Origin: a virus
Reading direction: 5' to 3' (one strand)
Length of the DNA stretch: 47,477 nt
IMG/VR virus record: IMGVR_UViG_3300045988_091556
In this document: piece by piece, positions 27,191 through 33,990 of the stretch
Layout of the letters: every line of letters starts with the position of its first letter
Numbering within the stretch: the first letter of the stretch is position 1
Program-made: the position numbers and the translations under genes
Notes under the pieces: model-generated
Told to the model about the DNA's origin: nothing
Databases searched by the model: none
What the model saw: the letters and a program-made list of their open reading frames with translations, nothing else

Positions 27191-28714
27191 ATGGGACTGA
27201 CAGGAAAAAACAACGAGGAAAAGGCGTGGAACTTCCTCAAAGGCAAGATCCCGAACGACTTCGGCGTGGCGGGCCTTATGGGGGAACTGTTCGCCGAGAG
27301 CGGGCTCAACCCGCAGAACCTCCAGAACTCCTACGAGAAAAAGCTCGGCTTTACGGACGCCACCTACACCGCGGCCGTAGACTCCGGGAGCTATGCCAAC
27401 TTTGTGCATGACTCCGCAGGCTACGGCGTTGCACAGTGGACGTTCTGGAGCCGGAAGGAGGCGCTGCTCAACTATGTGAGGGCACTCGGCGTTTCAATCG
27501 GGGATCTGGAGGCGCAGCTCGGCTTTTTATATAAAGAGCTGAGCGAAAGCTACCCCTCTGTTTTGGCAACTTTGAAAACAGCTACCAGCGTGAGGGCTGC
27601 AAGTGACAAGGTGCTGACCGACTTTGAAAGACCGGCCGATCAGTCCGAAGCGGTAAAAATCAAACGGGCGGGCTACGGGCAAACGTACTATGACAAATAC
27701 GCGAAAGCCGTAGCTTCCACGCCCTCAGAAGGAGGCAACAATATGAGTAATAGTCCATTGGTAAACTGTACCGTAAAAAGCCCGAACCATAGCGGGAAAC
27801 GTACACACAGCATTGACACACTGACGCCCCACTGCGTTGTGGGGCAGCTCACAGCGGAAGGGATCGGCTCCTGCTTCCCGGCGGGGCGCGAAGCGAGTTG
27901 TAACTACGGGATCGGCAAGGACGGCCGCGTCGTCCTCGTAGTAGACGAGTGTAACCGGAGCTGGTGCAGCTCCAGCAACTCCAACGACCAGCGGGCCGTA
28001 ACGATCGAGTGCGCCAGCGACAAAACAGATCCTTACGCTATGAACTCGGCCGTTTACGAAAAGCTGATCGAGCTCTGCGCGGACATCTGCAAGAGAAACG
28101 GGAAAAACAAGGTTTTGTGGCTGGGTAGCAAAGAGAAAACTCTCGCATACACGCCAAAAAGCAACGAAATGGTGCTGACCGCGCACCGGTGGTTTGCAAA
28201 TAAGAGCTGCCCCGGTGACTGGCTCTACTCCCGCTATGGCGAGCTTGCCGACAGGATCAACGCTCTGCTGGGGACGGGAGGCAGCTCCGGATCCGGCGGC
28301 GGATCCACTGGCGGCAGCTCCAGCTCCGGATCCGTTCTTTACTATGTCCAGAGCGGCGCGTACTCACAGAAAGCAAATGCCGACGCTCAGGCAGCGAGAC
28401 TCAAAGCGGCTGGCTTCGAGGTGCTCATAAAGAAAGTCGGAAATCTTTACAAGGTGCAGACCGGGGCGTATTCCAAAAAGGCAAATGCTGACGCTCAGGT
28501 ATCTAAGCTCAAAACGAAAGGCTTCGACGCCTTTGTGACAACCAACGGCGGCGGCACCGCGGCTTCCGGCGATACCCCCAAGAAATCCAACACAGAGATC
28601 GCCAAAGAGGTGATCGCAGGTAAGTGGGGAAACGGAGCGGATCGCAAGAAACGCCTCGAAGCGGCCGGGTATAACTACGCAGCCGTTCAGAAAATTGTCA
28701 ACAGCATGCTTTAA
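27191..28714 (+). CDS. Multidomain endolysin: lysozyme-like domain, N-acetylmuramoyl-L-alanine amidase (Amidase_2), 2x SPOR, CW_7-like
   Basis: GVAGLMGELFAESGLNP (Phage_lysozyme2-like). HCVVG...ASCNYGIGKDGRV...HRWFANKSCPGDWLY (amidase_2). Two YSQKANADAQ...LK..GF SPOR repeats. C-terminal GKWGNGADRKKRLEAAGYNYAAVQ (CW_7). Confidence 0.85.
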   Translation: MGLTGKNNEEKAWNFLKGKIPNDFGVAGLMGELFAESGLNPQNLQNSYEKKLGFTDATYTAAVDSGSYANFVHDSAGYGVAQWTFWSRKEALLNYVRALGVSIGDLEAQLGFLYKELSESYPSVLATLKTATSVRAASDKVLTDFERPADQSEAVKIKRAGYGQTYYDKYAKAVASTPSEGGNNMSNSPLVNCTVKSPNHSGKRTHSIDTLTPHCVVGQLTAEGIGSCFPAGREASCNYGIGKDGRVVLVVDECNRSWCSSSNSNDQRAVTIECASDKTDPYAMNSAVYEKLIELCADICKRNGKNKVLWLGSKEKTLAYTPKSNEMVLTAHRWFANKSCPGDWLYSRYGELADRINALLGTGGSSGSGGGSTGGSSSSGSVLYYVQSGAYSQKANADAQAARLKAAGFEVLIKKVGNLYKVQTGAYSKKANADAQVSKLKTKGFDAFVTTNGGGTAASGDTPKKSNTEIAKEVIAGKWGNGADRKKRLEAAGYNYAAVQKIVNSML

Positions 28715-28735
28715 TATCAAAGGAGGGACTCGAAC

Positions 28736-29272
28736 ATGGAAATGTTAGAACAGATCGCAGACGCTTTTGTACCGATCCTCTGCCTGCTTATCACGGCTGG
28801 CGGCGGCTATCTGGTGGCACTCCTGCGCCGCCAGACTCAGCAGATCGAGGAAGAACTGGACAACGAAACCGCTTCAAAGTACATTGATCTGGCAACGGAC
28901 GCCGTGGAGCAGGCCGTGACATATACGGCCCAGACCTTTGTTGACGCCCTGAAAGCGGAGGGTGCTTTTACGAAAGAGAAGCAACTGGAAGCATTTCAGA
29001 AGGCGCGTGACAAGGTGCTGGAGATCCTCGGAGACACCACGGTGAAGGCTCTGGGGGAAATCTACGGCGACTTCGACGCATGGCTGGACACCAAGATCGA
29101 GCAGGTATGCCGGGACATTAAAGTGCCGGAGGTTGAAAAGGCAGCCACTACCACAGCGGCAGCGACGGCGGCAAGCGTAGCGAGCACGATCGCCACCACG
29201 GCAGTGCAGCAGATTGCAGCCGAAGCGGCACCGGCAAACGATCCGGTAGAAACCGAAGAAAAAACGGAATAA
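28736..29272 (+). CDS. Holin, LL-H family-like
   Basis: N-terminal TM segment (FVPILCLLITAGGGYLVALL), then YIDLATDAVEQAVTYTAQTFVDALK, typical of Holin_LLH. Adjacent to the endolysin. Confidence 0.65.
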   Translation: MEMLEQIADAFVPILCLLITAGGGYLVALLRRQTQQIEEELDNETASKYIDLATDAVEQAVTYTAQTFVDALKAEGAFTKEKQLEAFQKARDKVLEILGDTTVKALGEIYGDFDAWLDTKIEQVCRDIKVPEVEKAATTTAAATAASVASTIATTAVQQIAAEAAPANDPVETEEKTE

Positions 29273-29301
29273 GAGCGGGGGAAACCCGCACAACGAGAAA
29301 A

Positions 29302-29334
29302 CCCGGCGGGAGAAATCCTGCCGGGCATTTTTTC
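29302..29334. terminator. Bidirectional rho-independent terminator between convergent genes
   Basis: cccggcggga-gaaa-tcctgccggg hairpin (GAAA loop), then T-run 29328-29334. Confidence 0.7.
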
Positions 29335-29336
29335 TA

Positions 29337-29918
29337 TTATTCAACAGTCTGGCCGATAGCTTCGAGCGACTCCCGGATCTGGCTGAGGTTTTCCTGCGTG
29401 GCATCGTCCTCCACGCTCTCAGCTCCCCGGTAAACATATTTAACGGCCTGCTCCAAGTCCATGCCAAGCTCCGCATAATCCCTCGCGGCCTCGTCGTTTT
29501 GGTAGGCGTATTCAAGCCAGTAACCGTAAGAAATGGCCTGCTCCATTGTTTCGTTATCTGCGTAAAAATCAGGATAATGCTCTACAATGAAGATCACGGC
29601 CTCGTCTCGTTTCGCGTCTGAAACTCCGTTTTCCTCAATATCCTGCTTTGCAGCCAAGGCAAGAGCGTCAACCTTTGCGCTTGTGTTTGCTTCCGGCTCC
29701 GCTTTGGCTTCCGTTTCACTCACTGCCTCAGTGGCAGGATCCTGAGTCTCCGGGGCCTCTGAGGTAGCCTGCGTTCCCGTAGTCTGCGGCTGCTGCGTTT
29801 CGGTATTCCCTCCGACCGCCGCCGCAATCAAAACGACCGCTACAACCGCAATAATGATCCACTTCTTTTTGCCCCGTGGGGCCTCTGCCCGCTTCTGATC
29901 TGCGTCCTTTTTCCGCAT
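29337..29918 (-). CDS. Membrane-anchored protein of unknown function (only reverse-strand gene; moron or lysogeny-expressed candidate)
   Basis: GGAGG RBS on the minus strand. N-terminal basic segment plus TM (KKKWIIIAVVAVVLIAAAV), a low-complexity T/E/Q linker and a globular C-terminus. Confidence 0.7.
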   Translation of the reverse strand: MRKKDADQKRAEAPRGKKKWIIIAVVAVVLIAAAVGGNTETQQPQTTGTQATSEAPETQDPATEAVSETEAKAEPEANTSAKVDALALAAKQDIEENGVSDAKRDEAVIFIVEHYPDFYADNETMEQAISYGYWLEYAYQNDEAARDYAELGMDLEQAVKYVYRGAESVEDDATQENLSQIRESLEAIGQTVE

Positions 29919-30058
29919 AATGTTTTTACCTCCTGCACATGCTCGAAATTAGCGTTTTTTCGCCTTTAGTCATGTTTGGGATAATTATAACGGGCGAAGC
30001 ATGGTAATGTCAATATGCGTTCTACCTATCTTTGGCATAAGAAGGAGGCACTGAAAAA

Positions 30059-30307
30059 GTGAAAATTTACAAGCACAAAGACGGCAGGTGCAACGCTTCG
30101 GGGCCCCAAATAAAGGCGCTGCGCGAGGCTGCGGGACTCTCTCAGGAGCAGCTCGCGGCAAAGGTACAGCTTGCCGGACTAAACTTGAACCAGAAAGCGA
30201 TCAGCAGGATAGAAACCGGCGATCGAGTAGTCCCTGACTACGAACTTATATTTTTCTCTGAGGCGCTGGGCGTACCGATTGAGCAGCTACTCAGCGCGGA
30301 AGAATGA
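30059..30307 (+). CDS. XRE-family HTH transcriptional regulator (repressor/Cro-like)
   Basis: IKALREAAGLSQEQLAAKVQL...QKAISRIETGDR is a canonical HTH_3. GTG start follows GAAGGAGG. Confidence 0.8.
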   Translation: MKIYKHKDGRCNASGPQIKALREAAGLSQEQLAAKVQLAGLNLNQKAISRIETGDRVVPDYELIFFSEALGVPIEQLLSAEE

Positions 30308-30332
30308 GGGCGGGAAACCGCCCTATTTTCTT
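30308..30332 (+). terminator. Rho-independent terminator after the first XRE gene
   Basis: gggcgg-gaaa-ccgccc hairpin, followed by tattttctt. Confidence 0.7.
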
Positions 30333-30364
30333 GCGAAAAAACGCGAAAATAGAAGGAAATGAGC

Positions 30365-30393
30365 TTGACTATATACATCTTTAGATGTATAAT
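30365..30393 (+). promoter_or_regulatory. Consensus sigma-70-type promoter with an embedded 9-bp perfect palindromic operator
   Basis: TTGACT (30365-70), a 17-nt spacer, TATAAT (30388-93). The spacer and -10 contain TATACATCT-tt-AGATGTATA (30372-30391). Confidence 0.75.
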
Positions 30394-30465
30394 AAAGGTA
30401 CAAGGTAAGGGAAAACCTGAGTAATTCAGAAAGGAGGAACAAAACCACAGGAAGGAGGCGAACCG

Positions 30466-30588
30466 GTGGACGATAAAGAGAAGCAAACAAAAGAACTGCT
30501 CGAAGTTCTCAAAAAGGCTTTAGAAAGTGAAGCGGTGGAACGGATCACAATAACCATAAAGCCAAACAAGAAACCCAAGCAGTCCTAA
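30466..30588 (+). CDS. Small hypothetical ORF (40 aa) downstream of the operator-controlled promoter
   Basis: GTG 7 nt after GGAAGGAGG. VDDKEKQTKELLEVLKKALESEAVERITITIKPNKKPKQS. Too short for the ORF track. Confidence 0.35.
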   Translation: MDDKEKQTKELLEVLKKALESEAVERITITIKPNKKPKQS

Positions 30589-30594
30589 AGCTCC

Positions 30595-30629
30595 GGCGGT
30601 GGGAAATTCCCACCCACCGCCTTTATTAT
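30595..30629 (+). terminator. Hairpin plus U-rich tail (terminator or attenuator) between the small ORF and the second XRE gene
   Basis: ggcggtggg (30595-603) pairs with cccaccgcc (30613-21), followed by tttattat. A second ccaccgcc copy at 30632-39 offers an alternative pairing. Confidence 0.5.
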
Positions 30630-30667
30630 ATCCACCGCCACCTAACAAGTCAAGAAGGAGGCCAGAT

Positions 30668-30928
30668 ATGGAAATCACGGTAAAGATCGAAAAGAGAAAC
30701 GACAACCTCAAAGAACGCAGGCAGGCCGCCGGACTCTCCCAGTCCCAGCTCGCAAAGCTGGCCGGTGTAGGCGTCCGCGTCTACCAAAACTACGAGCAGG
30801 GAGTCCGGGACGTAAGCAAGGCGCAGCTTTCCACGTTGCTAAGGATCTGCAAGGCTCTGAACTGTAAACTCTCGGACATTGTAACCGACGAGGAAACCGC
30901 GGAGCTTTTGAGGGAATACGAAAAATAA
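30668..30928 (+). CDS. XRE-family HTH protein (Cro/Aca-like)
   Basis: ATG at 30668 follows GAAGGAGG. LKERRQAAGLSQSQLAKLAGVGVRVYQNYEQGVR is HTH_3. 86 aa. Confidence 0.8.
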   Translation: MEITVKIEKRNDNLKERRQAAGLSQSQLAKLAGVGVRVYQNYEQGVRDVSKAQLSTLLRICKALNCKLSDIVTDEETAELLREYEK

Positions 30929-30945
30929 CACTAAGGAACAAGTGG

Positions 30946-30974
30946 AGGGGCGGCTACGGCTGCCCTTCTTTTTT
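30946..30974 (+). terminator. Rho-independent terminator upstream of the transposase gene
   Basis: 7-bp stem gggcggc/gctgccc (one G-T pair), 4-nt loop, then ttcttttttt. Confidence 0.6.
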
Positions 30975-30991
30975 ATGCGGAGGGATATATA

Positions 30992-32041
30992 ATGGCACGG
31001 CGTTTCAAGCATTTAACAAAAACCGATCGACTGCGTATGGAGCAGCAGCTCAAGGACGGAAAGGGGGCGAAAGAGATCGCCGAAAATCTCGGCGTCCACA
31101 TTTCCACCATATACCGGGAGAAAAAGCGCGGACAATACGAGCACCGCAATAGCGACTGGACGACGGAGATCCGATACAGCCCGGACATAGCCCATGATCG
31201 GTACCGGGAGAACCTTAAAGCCAAAGGGCCGGAGCTGAAACTGGGGAAGGATCGCAAGCTCGCCGAATATATCGAGCACAAGATCGCTGACGAGCAATAC
31301 AGCCCCGCGGCGGTGCTGGGAAGGATCAAGGCGAAAGGCTTAAAATTCAACACTACGATCTCGGTAAACACCCTTTACAGTTACATAGACAAGGGCGTAT
31401 TTCTCCGGATCACAAACAAAGATCTCCCGGTAAAAGGAAGCCGTAAACGGGAATACCGGCATACAAAAGCCCAGTCCAGAGCGCCGAAAGGCGAAAGCAT
31501 AGAGAAACGCCCGGAAGAAATCAATAACCGGGAAACCTTCGGCCACTGGGAAATGGACTGCGTAGAAAGCGCCAAGGGCTGCACCACAACGCTGCTCGTA
31601 TTAACCGAGCGGCTCAGCCGCCGGGAAATCACACGGAGAATGGAAGCAAAGAAAGCGGAAAACGTCGTGGCCGAGCTGGACGCTCTGGAAAAGAGATACG
31701 GCGAGCTTTTCCCTCTGATCTTCAAAAGCATAACGGTAGACAACGGATCGGAGTTTGCAAACTGTGAAGGAATGGAACGGAGCAGCCTCCGCGAAGGCGA
31801 GAAAAGGACGAAGTTATACTACTGTCACCCGTATAGCGCATACGAGCGCGGCAGCAACGAAAACCAGAACAAGCTCGTGCGCCGCCATGCTCCGAAGGGA
31901 TCGAGCTTCGAGGACATGACGGACGAGAGAGCCGACTATATAGAAGGCTGGATGAACGACTACCCCCGGAAAATGTTCAACTGGCACACCCCGGAGGAAG
32001 TATTTCAGACAGAAATAAAGGCCCTCAGTGGGGCCTTATAA
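30992..32041 (+). mobile_element. IS30-family DDE transposase / integrase gene
   Basis: N-terminal HTH (KHLTKTDRLRMEQQLKDGKGAKEIAENLGVHISTIYRE). Catalytic motifs FGHWEMD, TVDNGSEF, YERGSNENQNKLVRR. 349 aa. Confidence 0.85.
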
Positions 32042-32048
32042 AATATTT

Positions 32049-32143
32049 TTGACTTTTTTCGCATTTACTCTTGACATTTACCTTTGAAAAATGTAACATT
32101 AAATGCGAAAGGAAGCGAAAGCCTCCCGACGCATTATTTTTTT
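32049..32143 (+). promoter_or_regulatory. Bipartite inverted repeat overlapping a near-consensus promoter, followed by a hairpin and T-run
   Basis: TTTCGCATTTA (32057-67) pairs with TAAATGCGAAA (32100-110), and ACATTT (32074-79) with AAATGT (32089-94). TTGACA (32071-76), 17 nt, TAACAT (32094-99). GAAA-loop hairpin 32111-26, T7 at 32037+... specifically 32137-43. Confidence 0.6.
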
Positions 32144-32171
32144 ACCCAGAAACAGAGAAAAAGGCCATACA

Positions 32172-32417
32172 CGGCCACTTTATAAAGTCTGTATTGTGCG
32201 GTGTAGGTTGACAGGTTTTGCCGGGCTTTTAAGGTGAAAACCCGGAAGCGGTGGAGAGCAGTAACGCTCTAAAAGGCTCCATGTCGTTCAACAGGTTTGC
32301 AGCTTTTAAGGTGAAAGCTGATACGGTTCGGGCCTCCCGACAAAAAGCACCCGCCGGATCGCGTGAAAGCCGGTTGAGAAGCGCACGCCCAACAATGCAG
32401 ATTTTACAAAGTGGCCG
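32172..32417 (+). ncRNA. Candidate structured RNA or leader: long-range closing helix around three hairpins with conserved loops
   Basis: cggccacttt (32172-81) pairs with aaagtggccg (32408-17). Hairpins at 32221-45, 32300-20 and 32354-73. An identical 15-mer GCTTTTAAGGTGAAA occurs at 32225 and 32302, with different stems flanking it. Confidence 0.4.
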
Positions 32418-32451
32418 GGTGCGGCAAGGGCCCCGCAAAGGAGGTGAAAAT

Positions 32452-32733
32452 GTGAGCGGATACAGATATTTAACACTGGCAGACCGGCAGACGCTGGAGG
32501 CCCTCTATCTGGAAGGCGACCGCGTTCAGGACATAGCCGACCAGATCGGCGTCCATGTAGCCACTGTCTACAAGGAACTGAAAAGAGGCGAAACCGGAGG
32601 GCTCGATCGGAACATGCGGCGAGAGTATAGCGCCACACTGGCCCAGCGCCGCCTTGCGGAGAACTTCAAAAGGCGCGGAAGGAAAGCCGACGAAGCCGAT
32701 CACTCGGATCTTGCCGAAGCCGTGAAGGTGTGA
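32452..32733 (+). CDS. IS30-type N-terminal HTH domain protein (transposase fragment or regulator), 93 aa
   Basis: GTG 7 nt after GGAGG. YRYLTLADRQTLEALYLEGDRVQDIADQIGVHVATVYKELKRG parallels the N-terminus of the 30992 transposase. No DDE domain follows. Confidence 0.65.
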   Translation: MSGYRYLTLADRQTLEALYLEGDRVQDIADQIGVHVATVYKELKRGETGGLDRNMRREYSATLAQRRLAENFKRRGRKADEADHSDLAEAVKV

Positions 32734-32757
32734 CGTCGCAGAAAGGAAAACACAGAC

Positions 32758-33036
32758 ATGAAAAAGGACTTTAGATATGACGCCGCCCTTTTGAGTCGTG
32801 CGTCATTCCCGGCGGTACTGGAAGCGGGAAACCGCCCTTGCATTGTAGAAACGACCGTTTACCGGCTCAACGCGGTAGCTGTCACCAGCCTTATGCTGGA
32901 CGGCTTTGAACCGCTGCTGAACTTTATCGGCTTGAGCCCGGACGACACATACATAACACAGCACGAAGTTGAGGACATTGTAACCGTTGTGCATATCAGA
33001 AAGGAGGCAGAGGCATGGCAGCACTCAACAAAGTAG
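32758..33036 (+). CDS. Hypothetical protein
   Basis: 92-aa ORF with an RBS-like GAAAGGAAA. No motif recognised. Confidence 0.4.
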   Translation: MKKDFRYDAALLSRASFPAVLEAGNRPCIVETTVYRLNAVAVTSLMLDGFEPLLNFIGLSPDDTYITQHEVEDIVTVVHIRKEAEAWQHSTK

Positions 33037-33695
33037 CGAGCTACTTCGCTGACGAGATCCGGGACGGGATCGCGTGGGTGATTATATGGAAAACAGCCCG
33101 CAGCTGGCATGGGTACGCTGCATGGCTGGATCCGGACACGGAAGCCTTCGAGCCTGACGATCTGAAAAAGGCCCGCGAGGTTTTAGCGGAAGATCCGAAC
33201 GCCGTCATGCTGAACGGCTACTACTGCGGACACTTCGGCGAGGACATGAACGCGCTCGAAATCGCGGCCGGGATCCGCTGGCATTATGAAAATGGCTACA
33301 ATCTGCTGAGCGACTCAACCGCGCTCCCAGACGAACCGGCAGAGCCGGAGGAAGCCGTGGAGCTGACGCTGACGATCGGCCCGGATCAGGCAAAGGCGAT
33401 CGCTCAGGAAGTAGTAAAGACCGTTCGGCCCGCGATCGACTACGCCGTCAAAAAAGCGCATGAGTTTACGGGCTGGGCTATTCAGACAGCTGGAGAGCTC
33501 GCAAAACTCGCGGCCGAGTCGCTGAGCAAATTCATGGACGCCATGCTCTACTCGGTAAACACACACCCGAAATGGTGGCACCTATACAAGCACGCCAAAA
33601 AGTACCGCGTGCGTAAAAAATACCGGAAGCGGCTCATGCAGCAGCTCGTTGAGAGCCTCAGAGCTGCGCCCGATCCTCTGGAGGTGATAACGTGA
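33015..33695 (+). CDS. Hypothetical protein
   Basis: Strong RBS, 226 aa. No motif recognised. Confidence 0.5.
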   Translation: MAALNKVASYFADEIRDGIAWVIIWKTARSWHGYAAWLDPDTEAFEPDDLKKAREVLAEDPNAVMLNGYYCGHFGEDMNALEIAAGIRWHYENGYNLLSDSTALPDEPAEPEEAVELTLTIGPDQAKAIAQEVVKTVRPAIDYAVKKAHEFTGWAIQTAGELAKLAAESLSKFMDAMLYSVNTHPKWWHLYKHAKKYRVRKKYRKRLMQQLVESLRAAPDPLEVIT

Positions 33696-33856
33696 GCAAG
33701 CCATACCATGAGTGCCCGAAGTGCGGAGCACATTTAGACCACGGCGAACACTGCGACTGCAAAGACAGGCAGCAGGAACCGGATCCGGCAGCACAGAGCG
33801 CCGGAAAACTGGCAACCGGAAACCGGCGCGAGCCCGTACTCATGCCCGGCGCATAG
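33692..33856 (+). CDS. Small zinc-ribbon-like protein (54 aa)
   Basis: GTGA overlap with the upstream stop, after GGAGGTG. HECPKCGAHLDHGEHCDC. Confidence 0.4.
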   Translation: MSKPYHECPKCGAHLDHGEHCDCKDRQQEPDPAAQSAGKLATGNRREPVLMPGA

Positions 33857-33990
33857 GGGCACGCTACGAGGTATGCGGCGAGTGCGGGCTGGAATGGAAT
33901 GTAAGCAAAGATTTAGTCCTACCGTGGTACGGCTACCGCTGCCCGCGGTGTAGGAGCAAATGGAAACGCATAGAAAGGAGCAACACATGA
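33712..33990 (+). CDS. Zinc-ribbon ORF with an unresolved 5' end, translationally coupled to DGR target 2
   Basis: C-terminal YEVCGECGLEWNVSKDLVLPWYGYRCPRCRSKW. Its stop overlaps the target-2 start (ATGA at 33987-90). The only in-frame start is a GTG buried in the previous ORF. Confidence 0.3.
   Translation: MPEVRSTFRPRRTLRLQRQAAGTGSGSTERRKTGNRKPARARTHARRIGARYEVCGECGLEWNVSKDLVLPWYGYRCPRCRSKWKRIERSNT

Noticed and set aside
30930-32110. Clean IS30 terminal inverted repeats bracketing only the transposase gene
   Set aside because: The best match I could find (ttttatgcggaggga at about 30968 against ttaaatgcgaaagga at about 32099, 11 of 15) is weak and overlaps terminator and RBS sequence. I therefore do not call discrete IS boundaries.
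32172-32417. Possible cobalamin riboswitch (GGTGAAAACCCGG and GCCACT motifs)
   Set aside because: The motifs occur in the wrong order and spacing relative to the B12-box architecture as I recall it. I therefore report the region only as an unclassified candidate structured RNA.
32251-32451. N-terminal 67-aa extension of the HTH-only ORF, as given by the ORF track (start 32251)
   Set aside because: The candidate GTG is poorly spaced from any SD. The extension is Arg-rich and low in complexity, and it overlaps the hairpin repeats, which are out of phase with each other. IS30-type proteins normally begin at the HTH, where a well-spaced GGAGG-GTG (32452) exists.
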